Of a stretch of DNA of 64,000 bases, positions 1 to 13,457 are shown piece by piece. The notes beneath the pieces were generated by a model that saw only the letters and a list, made by a program, of their open reading frames with translations, did not search any database and was not told the origin of the DNA. Both the position numbers and the translations under genes were made by a program. Source of the DNA: Tubulanus polymorphus (Eukaryota > Animalia > Nemertea); NCBI RefSeq assembly GCF_964204645.1, contig NC_134028.1, forward strand, positions 18,111,653 to 18,175,652. The letters are read 5' to 3'. The number at the start of each line of letters is the position of its first letter. The stretch's first letter is position 1.

Positions 1-1497
1 GTTACACGTGTATCTACCCTAGACACATTGCAAAATCGATTGCAAAGTTGTAGTTCATGACATGTTCTATGATTGTGGTGAGTTTCAAGGTCATTGGGTT
101 TTGCATTTGGTCACCAGGGGGCGTTGAATAGTAGAATAACTTAGCATTTCCATATTAAATTGGTAACGAGGCATATTTTGCTATCACAATCAATTAAAAA
201 TCATAGCTGCTGACATATTCTATGATTGTGGTGAGTTTCAAGGTCATTGGTTTTTGGTTTACCTTTGTCAGCAGTATGAGGTTGGCATTGAGCCAATTCA
301 TGTAAAATCGCGGTACGTTATTTTATGTGAGCATTTTTTCATTGCTTCTTGGGTTAAACGACGTACAATCGATGCGATTGAAGACATGACGAACCTCCGT
401 CAATTACATGGTCAACTCTGTTTAAATTCAACGAAAAACTGTTTTTCAAGGCCTCCACATGCGCGGGACGGGAATGCTTATCATTAGACCGTTGCACACA
501 CAAACACACGCTCATACAGACTACTATATGGTGATGCTGTAACACTGCTTGGCGCGTGCACGCTTGGTATGATAACAGGCTGAATAATCGTCTTAGCAGA
601 AGATGAGCGCTGTGTTTTCTGTTTGATAGAATTTGTAATAAATTGTAATATCTTGTGACCTGAAAATACTAAGCAGCAAACTATAGGTATAGGTCAAGGT
701 CTGAATATTATTGTAGTGGTAAATTCCAGGATTTAAAACGATCTACGCCCCTGTGTTTTAGCCATACATTGGAAGAGGTTTCGTTTCCCAAGACTCAATA
801 TTCAGCCACCCTCTGACATGTGACGTCATATGAATTTTATTTGAATATTTTTTCATATTGTGAAAAATATTTTCTTGAAAATATAAAATAGTTAATTAAT
901 AAGCCTACCTGTACCCTACGAATTTTTGGAGTAGACCATAAACAAATGTTTATCTTTGGTCTTATTCGACTACAAAATAATTCTTTAAGAAAGATAAAAT
1001 ACAATATAAACTTCTAGAACTTTGAAGTCACGAATTGAAAAGATTTTTCAAGCAATGCCCTTACTCCAAACAACCTCTAGCTTTCAAGGTAAACCACACT
1101 TTGCCCCTGGGCAATTTATTTCATATTGTGAAAAATATTTTTTTTGAAAAAATAAAATAGTTTCCCTGCTGCGCCTACCTGTACCCTACAAATTTTTGGA
1201 CGTAGACCATAAACAGATGTCTATCTTTGGTCTTATTTGACTACAAAATAATTATTTAAGAAAGAAAGAAAGATAAAATACAATATAAACTTCTAGAACT
1301 TTGAAGTCACGAATTAAAAAGATTTTTCAAGCAATGCCCTTACTCCAAACAACCTCTAGCTTTCAAGGTAAACCACACTTTGCCCATGGGCAATTTATTT
1401 CATATGGTCACCAGGGGGCGTTGCATATTGAAATTGTTAGATTGTTGAGCATTTGAAACCACTTCCCAAGTGGACATGGTGTCCCTGGGCCCTAGTT
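1..1497 (+). mobile_element. HINE/Helentron-like non-autonomous element, family B (3' part), interrupted by family F
   Basis: Internal repeat TATGGTCACCAGGGGGCGTTGAA; 3' end CCACTTCCCAAGTGG...GTCCCTGGGCCCTAGTT also seen at ~33308, ~51928 and inverted at ~56935. Confidence 0.6.
254..1400 (+). mobile_element. HINE-like element, family F, with tandem duplication of its 3' ~270 bp
   Basis: subTIR GGTTTACCTTTG / CAAGGTAAACC plus 3' hairpin TGCCCATGGGCA; ~852-1119 repeated at ~1120-1400; second copy of the 5' end at ~55411. Confidence 0.6.
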
Positions 1498-1577
1498 TGT
1501 TTTTGAAGAGTTTTTAGTCACAATACAAAAAGCAATACAGCTCCATTTAGATGTTCATTATCTTCTTACTTAATTAA

Positions 1578-2185
1578 CCCTTAACTTGCCGTAGGTGACT
1601 GTAGTCAACACACTGCGGAAGTGCCATAGATGACTGTCGTCAACAGCCCCACTTATCTCGCATTTAAAATTTTGTTTTTATGTTACAAGCGTCACGGTGC
1701 GCATTGAGTCATAGTTCTTAACGCACGGCAACTGCTAATTTTCGAGAATCCAAACCCAGAAGTAATTTCTCATTGTGATATTTTGAAGAATTTTGACCTC
1801 AAAAATGCCCAGTAAATTTGATTTAGACTAAAAAATGAGCGTAATAAAGGTTTAAACAATGGATATAGTAATCTACCATGTCGTTATTAATGATTATCGA
1901 CAATATAATATGAATATGTGAGTAATCTGACTTTTTAGGGGGTCTTTTTGTGCTGGACCTCCCAAAATGACCCCACCCTGTGGACCCCCCTCTTTCAAAA
2001 ATGGGAAGTTAAATCTTTCAGCACTATTTGTGGCTACGAGTATAAACTACTGAGTGAGAAGTTTCAATGCCCTATGTACAATAGTTTGGAAGTTATGAGG
2101 TTTTATCTAAGGAGATAATTTCATTTCCATGCAAATCATCTGGCACACACAGGACTTAACATTAAAGCTGTCAGCAGGTCAAGGG
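1578..2185. mobile_element. piggyBac-type non-autonomous element
   Basis: TTAA|CCCTTAACTTGC ... GCAGGTCAAGGG|TTTA; CCCT termini and TTAA-like TSD. Confidence 0.65.
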
Positions 2186-2566
2186 TTTAGTGCCGTCATG
2201 TAATTTTCGGAAAGTTCATCTTAAGAATGTTATGTCTTGTTTTCAATATGTGGCTACATATTCATGCATTCAAAGGAATGGTTAAACTGTTAATGGAACT
2301 AACAAGTAATTTTTGTGTTATGGGATTAATGGTTATTTCCAAGAACTTTTCATTTTTGTGGACTTTTGCTTTAGTGAAGTCCATTTTTGCTATCACATAT
2401 GAAATTTTCTTCAAAATAACTTCCAAATGAGACTTTCTTTCTCTTCAGAACTATCAAAACATTCAATGCTAATATAAGATATCTATTGATTTTCATCGGA
2501 ATGCGTTGCTTATTAATTAATTAGGGGTTCTGCTGCCTTCGCAGAAACCCTATTGTATTCCTGCTG

Positions 2567-2567
<1 letters not shown>

Positions 2568-2605
<38 letters not shown>

Positions 2606-2705
2606 ATTATTATTATTATTATTAGGGTTTCTGCTCCTTTCGCAGAAACCCTATTGTAATTCTGTTGATTATTTTATTATTATTATTATTATTATAATTA
2701 TTATT
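2568..2705. repeat. (ATT)n microsatellites within family C 5' ends
   Basis: Two runs of ATT triplets, each following a family C hairpin. Confidence 0.9.
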
Positions 2706-2838
2706 ATATTCTTTTTCACACTGGATCATACTGAAAGGATATAAACAACTGCAATTTACTTTCACTGTCGGTGAAACAATTCTGTATCACAAGTACTATG
2801 CTGCATTCACAAATACAGTATATGATATTAATTAGAAT

Positions 2839-4328
2839 AGCACAGCGCACCTAACACGTCATCAGCTCATAATTATTAATGAGCTCATCCATTGGCAAAC
2901 CGGAAGTAAGCCAAGCACTCGTGTGACTGACTCTATTGTATTGAAACTGAATAGAGAATGATCCCCCAATAGCAATCAATTAAGATTTGTGAAAATAATC
3001 AACCTAGGGTGAAATTTATCGATGAATTTAGTTAATATGATAGCTTGCCTTTAAAGAAGTAGCTGGAATGCCGTGGCCTGAAAACAGGAGGAAATAGCCG
3101 ATCTCTTCAGCTGTAAGTAGCTTTTGTTTGTGTTCTGTCTAAACACTGATGCTCTGTTTGTTAAAACATAAGGCCATTTAATTAAGCGTCTCATTCAGTC
3201 TCAATTATTTATTTAATGGTAGATCAGCTAGGATTAATAAGGGATTTTTCATTTTTGCTTAACTTTTGATATTGTAAAGTCTTTTAGAGCTTACTTTAAA
3301 TTCCAAATAGGCCTAGCACTATAATCAATAATGATGTCCTAAAATGCATTTCAATTTGTAGGCCCAGCAAAAGAAAGCGAAGTGACTAAATTTATAAAAT
3401 CTTAACCTTATATGTTTTCAGATGAAAGGAAACCAAAGAATTTTAAAAACCAATCAACAGACGAAATTGGAAAAGCTGCAACGAGTAGCTGGTCAAACCA
3501 ACTTTGATTTTGTAAACGCCTATTTAATTTACCCTTACAACAATTAGATTAACAGACACATTTTGAATCTGCATTGATAATCGAAAATTCTAATAACTGT
3601 GTAAATCTTAATAATGATTTTTCTCCCCACAACTAACTTATATCTAAATTCCATAATTGCAAATTGGTTAAACTCAACACAAGATTTGTCCCTTTGATCC
3701 TCTGTACCATTCTTATGTTATCTCACTCTATTAATTGTAGTCATTCAACTTGTATTCAATTTGTTTTGATTTTAGTATCCCCTAGATTGTCTCTATAATA
3801 CTATTTTTAAGATTTACACGTATCATTAATTAGTTTGCTCTTCTTTAGCTTTTAACTTTTTCTTTGATTTTTGTATCATTTCTGATTACTTTGTCTCAAA
3901 ACAATATTGAAATATTGAATAAACTACTTCCTCAAAGAAAGATTTTATGTCTTGTATTATTTTTTCTTTATTATTGTGGGATTCTTTTTATATTACTCTT
4001 TATCCATCGACACCGGCGTTGGCCTTAAAACTTTGCCCATTGAGATTGACTTAGGAAAACAAACGATAGTTACACTTCATATCCTCCCTATCTGGATACC
4101 TGTTGTCGCAATCTAGTGCCTTTAACAACATTGCTTCTTGTAAACCATACTTAATAAAAATATAAACCCGAATACTCTTAAATCCACAATTTAGAAAAAT
4201 AAACACCATTATATTCGGCCTACAGTACAGCTAAACTGCTGAGCTTGCCTGACTTCCGGATTCATCAGTGCTCAAGTGTGACCTCGATTCATCGACAGTA
4301 ACTAAAAATAGATCAGGTGCGCTGCGCT
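2839..4328. mobile_element. Degraded TIR transposon with AT TSD and SAP-like coding relic (ISL2EU-like)
   Basis: AT|AGCACAGCGCACCT ... AGGTGCGCTGCGCT|AT; subterminal inverted CCGGAAGTAAGCCAAGC / GCTTGCCTGACTTCCGG; LKK*LECRGLKTGGN at ~3050-3096. Confidence 0.6.
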
Positions 4329-4614
4329 ATTGCACTGTTAACTCACTGTGAGCCTCTAAACATCGAAATTTTAGCCCGATTCAAACAGTATCCATATACG
4401 TATATGTATTGTGTACATGTCTTATTCCCACAGCGCTTCCGAAATACGTGTGTTAGTGTGTGTCCTTATATTGATAGAGCTGTGTTGTTCTAGATCTGTA
4501 GTAAAGACGTAAGCAGTAGTGATATTTTATCTCCTCTATGAGTCGATCGTTGAATTAGGACATTGCTCAACTGAACGCAACAGAGGAATTTTTATAACTT
4601 GTTTGTGTCGTATA

Positions 4615-5317
4615 CTATGGAAGACCTGAGACGACATTCTGAGTTCATCAATTCACGAGTTTATGAGTTTCGGCCCTGACTTCCCGAGTTTACGAGTTCT
4701 AACTATTCTAGCACACGCAATACGATCATCAATACGGTAATACAGCAGTCATTATTTTCACGTCGTTTTTCTAAGTCGATGAGTTCCAAACTAAACCCCG
4801 ATACCCGGCGGCCTGCTTCCTACCATGCATCCGTACCTGAATTGCTGCTACTGACGATGTACTTAATTGATTTCATAGTCAAATTTTTTTATTGTAAAAT
4901 CTTAAGAGTTCATTAAAGTTCGATTGTATTGTATTGTATAATCTATGGGCTTTCCTCTTGGGTCCCGGTCCTCCGGCCATTCATGATTATTTCTTCATAA
5001 TCCTTTTGATCTGCCTGATTCTGAAATAAAAGATGACAAAAAACATTATATGTAACCACAATGTTTCCTTATCATATTCATTCACAACGATTCAATTATG
5101 TCATGGCTGGACGTAACTGCATGATTTGAAAGTCCATCTTGGAAATATTTTTGAATAAGATGCTCGTACTCTTTCATCGTTAGTGTCATTATTCACCAAA
5201 AGATAAATGGTGAAATCAAAGACAAAAAATCGCGAACTCGAGAAGTCAGGACCGAAAGTCATGAACTCAGAACTCGTGAATTGATGAACTCAGACTGTGG
5301 TCTCAGGTCTTCCATAG
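4615..5317. mobile_element. MITE with ~50 bp TIRs and TATA/TA TSD
   Basis: TATA|CTATGGAAGACCTGAGAC...TCTGAGTTCATCAATTCACGAG ... CTCGTGAATTGATGAACTCAGA...GTCTCAGGTCTTCCATAG|TATA. Confidence 0.8.
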
Positions 5318-5821
5318 TATACACAAGTAAGAGAGCATCATATATAGCTTCGAATTCGGCAACACAAGTTAGGGAGCATCATATTTAGGCTTTAATACTT
5401 CGAATTTGGCTAGAAACATGAATATTGCCCAACGGATTTACTTGAAACTTACGTGAGATGTACGGAACACAGGTACCTTGAGGTAAGTCGAAGGAGTCTT
5501 TGATTCGGGACCCCGTTCACCCACCAGGGGATGTTATACTTTTGAAAATTCTGATATCGAAAAGTTACTGCATGAGAAAAATTTTTGTCTTTGAGTTTTC
5601 TGCTTCGGGTGAGCACGAAAGTTGTTCATGACAGCCTGGAGGTTAAAAAAGTCAATGACACGCCCTATCTGTGATAAACGGTTTGGGCTCTACGGGCTCG
5701 AAAATGGGCCCAAATTTTTTAATGAGATTTTTGCCCCTAGCTCTTTAACCGTTGGAGAATCGTGGTTGCAATGAATGATCAGTAGCCCTTGACAAGACGC
5801 TTGTATTGATGTATGGTTTAA

Positions 5822-7707
5822 AGGCCAAGGAGTATGGATGCTAGTTAACCAGGTGGCAAACACTTGATATCGGCCATCCCACTAACTACAGTATCTTGTT
5901 TGTAATGTTTAGAGTGAGCGAGGATGGCTCACAACATTAACTGCAGGTCACATACAGTTAAATTTGACATATTCATAAAAGTTTTCATATCAAGTTCTAA
6001 ATTAATTTTAACTGATCTAGTCATAGTGGGAATTGTTTGTAGAGATTTGGCCAAGATTAAAGATTAAAGATTTAATTTTTAATTTAAAGTGTACGAAATT
6101 TCAGACTTATCCATTAACCATAGAAAAGTTTTGATGTTGCCAAATTTTGGTACTATGAATGAGGCTATGTTTTGTTTATGTATACTGATGACTATAGGTA
6201 TCATATTACTGTTACTATCTTCTGTGAGCTACACTAATTCAATGGATAACTCCTTCCTCTATGTCATTCAAAGATTCAAATTTTGAAGGAAATGCCAACT
6301 AAAAAGCTTTATTTCTCGAAGAGGAGGGCCTAAAACACATTTTTGACTGCAGGAATGAATATATTACACATTGGATTTAAGTTCTGCATTTGACACTATT
6401 GACCACTCAATTCTGATTCATACATTAGAACATCGTTTTGGAGTAAGTTGTGTAGCACTTGATTGGTTCAAATCCTACCTTAGTGATTGCAAACAACAGT
6501 GTATTTTAAGTGGAAAAGTTGGAAACCTATCAGATTTGTTATGTGGCGTCCCTCAGGGATCAGTTATAGGTCCCCTCTTGTTCACCCTTTACACCGCTCC
6601 ACTTGCTGACGTTATAGAGAAGCACAATTTGGATTACATGGATTACATTCTGCAGGGAACCAAATACTGCTGTACCAATAATTGAAAAATGTGTCGTGGA
6701 TATACGTGTTTTGATGAGAGATCATCTCTTATTTCTAAATGATTCAAAAACTGAAGTTATTTTATTCTCATCCAAATTCAGAAAAGTGAATAATGTTTTT
6801 AATGGATTATGTGTAGGTGATTCCACAATATTTCTCTCTTCAACAGTACGCAACCTTGGATTTTATTTTGATAGCTTCATGACAACGGATAATCATATTA
6901 AACATATCTGTAAAGTGGCATCATTTGCATTAGAATTAGTAAAATTCGATCATTACTCGATACAGCCACTACTGAAAAGCTGGTTCATTGTTTTATCACG
7001 TCAAGACTAGATTATTGTAACATTTTATTACTTGGAATTACAGATTATCAAATGTCAAAACTTCAAACTTCAGCAGCTAGGTTAATTACTCAAGGTTCTA
7101 AATATGACCATATCACCCCTGTTTTATTTAGCTTACATTGGTTACCTGTTTTTAAATGTATACAATTCAAAGTTTTACTTTTGGTTTTTAAATGTATTCA
7201 TGGTCTAGCACCTCCTTACCTTAGCAATTTAGTGTCTCTGTACAAACCGAGTCGTTCATTAAGGTCAGCTAATATGTTTAAACTGTCTCATGTGTCATGC
7301 AATACAATTCTTTACGTTAATCGAGCTTTTGCTTGCGCTGCCCCTGTTTTATGGAATAATCTACCTTTAACCTTACGTACTAGTGATGATATTAATTATT
7401 TTAAAACCAATCTTATATCATTTCTTTTTACTCAGTATTATGATAACTAATGTTTTATTAAAACTATATTATTATCTTAATGTATTCATTATTGTAAACC
7501 GCCTTGAAACGCAGTGTAAAGCGGTATATAAATAAGATTATTATTATTATTAATACATATATCTGACATAAAGGAGTATCCAAATCGGAGAACTGACAGA
7601 GAAAATAGGAGATCCAGTTTCAACCGTTGGAGCTCTCCACTGCACTATGGCTTCAGGGGTACTGCCATCTTTGACATTGATTGGGCTTTTATACTGCTCC
7701 TCGGCCT
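5822..7707. mobile_element. Kolobok-like non-autonomous element (TTAA TSD, AG..CT ends)
   Basis: TTAA|AGGCCAAGGAG ... CTCCTCGGCCT|TTAA; empty site visible in the paralogous repeat unit at ~8135-8170 (GATGTATGGTTTAAGTAGGT vs AATGTAGGGTTTAAGTATAT). Confidence 0.7.
6371..7553 (+). pseudogene. 5'-truncated L2/CR1-group LINE reverse transcriptase with (ATT)n tail
   Basis: [50 protein letters not shown]...AP.LWN.LP across three frameshifted ORFs; YADD region degraded; 3' ATT repeats at ~7538. Confidence 0.9.
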
Positions 7708-9275
7708 TTAAGTAGGTAAATCATATGGTTCTCCAGTAGTACCACCTATAAGATGCTGGAAAACGCATTTTCATCTATATCGACTAAGGGTATTAATGGA
7801 TTTCTATAAAAATTGATACAAATGTACCTGGTTACTTAATACAACAAACCCCACATATAGTTAGTTCCTATTTTAACCACTAGGGGCATAAATTTTGAAA
7901 ACTCATTTCAGCATCCGTTTTTCCCATTTAATGCGGTCTGTTTATTATTTAAATCAGAGAACTTGGTATGAGTACATAGACATGTGTGTAATATGCCAAC
8001 CTGCATGGTTAGTTCATACAACTGCCACCAGGGGACTGTGAAAACTACAATTTTTGCTCCTAGCTCCTTAACCATTGACGATAGAATCGTGGTTGCAATG
8101 TGTGGTTAGTAGCCCTTTACATGATACTTGTATTAATGTAGGGTTTAAGTATATAACTTATGGTTCTCGAGTAGCGCCACCTACAAGTTGTATTAAATGC
8201 ATTTTTATTGATATCTACTAAGTGGATAAAGGGATTTCTATGAAAATTGATACACATGATCCTGGATATAAAGTAAATTGAACCCCTCACATAATTAGTT
8301 CCTATTCTAACCACTAGGGGGCGTAATATCGGGAAACTCATGCAAGCATCCGTTTTTCCTGTAAGATTCAGTCCTCTCATTATAGAATAAAAAAATGGTG
8401 TGAATATGTTTGAATAGTATGCTAACCGGCAAAATTAGCTCATTCAACTGCCACTGAGAATGGTAAAGGTACCGTATCTTCGTTATTCTCGAAGTTATTT
8501 CCCCTAAACTTGGTACATTAGTATTTTGCACTTCGTAGCCAAGTGGGTCAACGTATCTATGATATGTGCTGACCCCTAGGTGGCGTTCCTTTAATAAAGC
8601 GAGCGTTATGAACTGATTTCGGTGAAACGCGCCCTTGTATGACATTGTATCCAGCAAGGCAGAAACCCATTATTGCTGCTTTGCAGCTATATTTTAGTTT
8701 TTTATTTGTTGTTGGAACTACATCTCTTTTCGGGAGAACACATGCCTTTTTACGAATATTCTTGCATGTGCGCGTCATGGTCATATAGACTCGCTGCTAT
8801 GTAGAGTATTGATCTGTGTATGTATATGAAAAGCGTGACCTAGTTTTCTGGGAATCTTGGTAAATCTTGGAAAATTGTTCAATTTAAGAAAATAAATTGG
8901 CTAACAAACTTTGTACACAGTGTATGAAATAAATGATATCAGCTTCACACCATGAAAGTGGAGAGTCAGTGGGGAGAATCCACTACATTATTCATGATGA
9001 ATCATCATGCAGTTACATTTGTTTCTTGATATTTTCCATCCTTATTTTCGATTTTATTTCGATTTATCTGTAAAGTCAGTTTTATCCCATCATTTGAATT
9101 AAATCAATTTTCACTGTTTTTAATTTGTTTTGCTACAGTTTTCATTTGTTTTGCTACAGTGCCACTGTATAATTTTGATGCTGGATTAAACATACATTAT
9201 CGTGTAAATTTAGGAAAGTCCATATTGAAAATTTCGTTTCTTGTTAATATTGTAGGACCATTATATTTTTTCCAG

Positions 9276-9410
9276 ATGAAAGAAGCATGTGACTATTTTG
9301 CTGTTAAAGGATTAAGAGTTAAAGAAGGTGAATATACTGGAGAAGTGATAGTTAAAAAGAAGCTTGATTATGAAACGCATCGTGATTTTATTCTACATCT
9401 GATGGCAAAG
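9276..9410 (+). CDS. Cadherin (Cad87A/CDH23-like) internal exon 1 of 6 seen
   Basis: ttttttccag|ATG...GCAAAG|gtgagc; 135 nt; MKEACDYFAVKGLRVKEGEYTGEVIVKKKLDYETHRDFILHLMAK contains the cadherin LDYE motif. Confidence 0.88.
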
Positions 9411-9499
9411 GTGAGCAATAGAGAACTGATGCCCTACAAATATCTGCTCTAATCCAATTGAAAAGAGGAATTAGATAAAATATAGCTGTAAAGTTGCCT

Positions 9500-11840
9500 C
9501 AATTAGTTTTCAGTTTACAATTACATTGGGATATGTCATTAATTCCAACGTCACTTGCAAATTCATCAAAATCAGTCCATTGTTTTAAGAAATGCTGCAA
9601 GGGGGGACCTAGTACGTTGGGTATTTCGGATTTTGCATTCAAATTATCCGATTTAAAACAATCATTCAACTTCGTAGAGTTGCTAGACCATTGTCATAAC
9701 CCAAACAGGAACGAGCTTGGTTGCAAAATACTACGAGATTCACGCACGACAGGCATGTCATACTTGAACAATGTTTTTCTTAAGAGATAATCAACGCGAA
9801 TGGGCATCATATAAACAAACCTTTAGTGATGGCGACCTGCTGCTGGCATCGATAACTATCCGAACTGGGGTTGTCTCACAATCTTTGAATATAGGAATAG
9901 AAATGCCTAATAGAAATAGGAAAGTGCAGAATGAAATAGCAATCTTCTTCTGACAGGGCGATTTTCTTTTCACGAATTTCAGAGACGCAATTTTTCTCAA
10001 TATTTTCACGTATTACCTCTACATAGTTATCTACAAGGTGTAATGTAGATAATTTAGCTATTACTGGTTTGATTCGAGATTGACAAGCCAGCAAATTATT
10101 CTTTAATTCCAGATGGCCCGGCCGCCACTGTAGTCGAACGTGGTACTGGCCATCTATGAACTGAATTTTATTGTTGTATTCTTTTTGAATACTTCATCGG
10201 AATCAACGCTATTTTCGTTCTGAATTAACCACAATTCGACAATACGTTCTACTATTTCATTTTCAGCATGAATTGACCTTAAGTCTGTGGTCCTCCCAAT
10301 CAACATCGTCATAGAACATTTGCTCGCAGAAGTAATGCATTAACCACTTAATACCTTACCACAGTATAATCTACCAATGCTTCAAGGCCCATGGGCCTTT
10401 TGTTTTCTATCGTGATCCGCCCTGTCTCCAGTAGGACAGTATTCGCGCTGAATTATAATTAACTACTGTTTTTGCTTAACGTCAGGATTTGTTCCGTTTC
10501 GCATCGATCCCTCAGAATCACCGCACAGACACCGTCTCGAGCTGGTAAGCTGTCATGAAGGCAGGTGTGATGCCTTTCTTCACACTTATAACAAGACTGG
10601 CGTTTGTTGCAATCACTAACCCGATGGTTATTTTGCAAACAGTTGTAACATAAACATTTCGCAACCCACTGCCGCCAAATTCTCCGCTATACATTTCAGG
10701 AATTTGCGGGCTCCCCCACACAGCAGGCATTTCATGTTATTCGTAGGCCTATTACCTGAGACGATGAATGACAGTAATCGCGCTTTTATCTCCGACCTGC
10801 TCCGCGAGATTTTCTAACTGACCCACGATCGCTTTTAGGAAAAATTTCAAATCGAGTTGGTCATTCTGACCGCTGTTGCTCATTTTTTCGTGCACAATCT
10901 TGGGCAATTTCCTCTCCATCAATGGTGCGATAAAGGATGCACACACATCTACATCCACTCCAAGATGTTTAAGCGATCTTAAGTTTCCGTTTGATTGATT
11001 GCAGAAGGAACTTTAGCTATTGTAATTGTTCGCTGGTGGATCTGCATCGTAGTTGTTGCTGACGTGGGCTTTAGCGATTTTCCGGGGCTGCCCAAACCCA
11101 TCGTTTAAATCTCGACTAATGTTTCTAAGTTTTCATCGGATGCATGCAGTCCCTTGACGGCTTCGGCTGCTGAACCGTGTAGCTGGCCGGCTATATAATA
11201 GAACTTGGTGATTTTCGAGTACTTTTTTCAAGACCGTCAAGGGTGATGGTGTCCCAAAAAGCTGTCCACTTCGTGAATGTGCAATCAAAGGTAGGCAGTC
11301 GCAATTTCAGCAACAATGCTGTCTGTTGGGATGATTCGCTATTTGAGTTGTTTTTCGTTGTTCCTTGTTTGTAATTCTCAATGAATTTTTGTATTACCAA
11401 TAACTTCATTCTGTCGCTTCGGCTTCTCTCTGCTGCAGTTCTCATCTGAGCGTCGAGTTGTGTGATTTCGGTATCATCCATTCACTATTCCTTCGGCAGC
11501 TTTGTAATCGCTGCAGACATTCTTCCTGCGTCCAATTTCACTTTCAGCAATTGTGTTCAATTCCGATTACTAGCTGTTGCGCTTCTTGATCTCATCTACT
11601 CAATCGACTCTGCATTGTGTTTTTTACTCACTGGACATCCTGGTCACGGCATCAATGTCGAAATCATCGAGAGGGGACTAGGACGGAGCTACAGAAAGAT
11701 GGTTTAAGAAAGACAACTGCATTCGTATTTCTGATTTTATGATAATGATAATACTTCTGTTGTCGAGGCGCACATCTGGGTTGAGTTACAGTACAGCATG
11801 ATAATGTTTATATCTCAGACAGTTGCGTTGGAAGCGCATT
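9500..11840 (-). mobile_element. BEL/Pao LTR retrotransposon remnant (gag region, PBS, partial 5' LTR)
   Basis: LLKLRLPTFDCTFTKWTAFWD (DUF1759-type gag) in ORF 11191-11481; PBS-like TTGATGCCGTGACCAGGATG (tRNA-His type) at 11636-11655 abutting TG at 11656; left boundary uncertain. Confidence 0.7.
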
Positions 11841-13328
11841 GGAAGGCCCAGTCAGAATCAAGATGGCCGACTGGCAGCCATTATTGTTTGCCAACATCAG
11901 CACTTTTTACACATTTTTCAAGTTTTCGAGGGAAATTTTCAAGATACTCAAATCAATTGATCTTTCGTGCCCAAAAATGTCAATTTTGGCCTGAATTCCA
12001 AGTCCTGTAGCTTCCTACTGGTTTGCCATTTTTCATTGAAATTTGTGATGGGTATTCTAAGGAAAGGGATTTCTTATACATCAAAAGGTATTTTTGATCT
12101 GCCAATTATCACGCAATTGGCACCCATCTTAGTATCATCAGTACTCATTTGTAGGTGGAAAAAAGTTGTTTTTTTTTTAATATCAAGACTGTTATTGTTA
12201 TTGTTATATGAATATTGTTATTAGCACTGTCATAAGAAACATCTCCTAACATGGAAATGGAATCGCCTCATTCTTTGTTCTTGCAACCAGGGCGAGTTAA
12301 ATAGTGAATAATGTATAACTTGTCTATTTATTGGTACCTATGTAGCCTATATTTTGTAAGCACAATCAATTGCAAAGTTGTAGCTCATAACATGTGCTGA
12401 TGTTGTTGTGAGTTTCAATGTCATTGATTTTGGCCAGGGCCGTTGAATAATAGAATAACTCAGTATTTCCACATTATATTGGTACCTAAGCAAATTTTGT
12501 TACCATTTTTGTAGCAAATTTGTAGCTCATAATATGTTCTATAATTGTTTGCGTTTTAAGGTCATTGGTTTCTGCATATGGCCATCAGGGGAATTGAATA
12601 ATACAATTACTTAGTATTTCTATGTTATATTGGTACCTATGCATATTTTCATATTACAATCAATAGTAAAATTGTAGCTCATGACATGTTCTATGATTGT
12701 GGTGAGTTTCAAGATCATTGGGTTTGCATATGGTCACCAGGGGGCATTGAATAGTAGAATGATTTAGTAACAGTATTGTAGAGAAAATAAGATTTGTGTC
12801 AACGTCTCTAAAACGATATAATGAAGGTCTACAAACAGTCTACTTGTAACTTGGATGATTGGACCAGATGGTTATTTGACTTTGGAAAATCGATTGTTAG
12901 GCCTTATTTTGTCTTTATGGATTTCGAATTGCATTTGATAAGGCACTACATCAGCGATAACTAAACAAGCCTCTAGGAAATAGATTAGAGTATCAATGAT
13001 GGGTCGCTTAAATGGCTCAGTTGTTTTCTCCGGTCGAAAACAGGGGGCCGAAATCAACCGAACTGTCTATTCTTGGAAATAAGTAGATCTAAATAGTGGA
13101 GTCGCTGAAGGTAGTATTCTGAATGGTCTTCTCTGATACTGGTCTTCTGGTGTTTATTGTGACAACCATTTTCAAAGTTATCAAGGTTGCTGGACATCTA
13201 GTTGGCTGAATGAAGTGATAATTCACATGAATTTGCCTAATTGATGATTAGTTGTTTTTCAGGTTTGAATTTATTTTGAGTTCTGCTTTTTTACTATTAA
13301 CCAAATATATGTATTTTCTTTTTGAAAG

Positions 13329-13457
13329 GATATGGGGCAAGCTATAAAATTGAATACTTCAGTGAATATGATAATAGAAGTGAAAGATGTCCAGGACAGC
13401 TCACCAAGATTTCTCAATGCTCCAATCAGTTTATTCACCTCAGAAGATAAACCTGTA
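13329..13457 (+). CDS. Cadherin exon 2
   Basis: tttgaaag|GAT...CCTGTA|gtgagt; 129 nt, phase 0/0; DMGQAIKLNTSVNMIIEVKDVQDSSPRFLNAPISLFTSEDKPV (DxxDxxPxF Ca-binding linker); not in the ORF track on this strand. Confidence 0.9.

Larger units (their letters stand above)
2522..8695 (+). mobile_element. HINE-like element, family C, hosting several nested insertions
   Basis: 5' hairpin TAGGGTTTCTGC...GCAGAAACCCTA followed by (ATT)n; 3' GCAGAAACCC + hairpin GCTGCTTTGCAGC + TATATTT at 8659-8695; internal tandem repeats. Confidence 0.55.
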
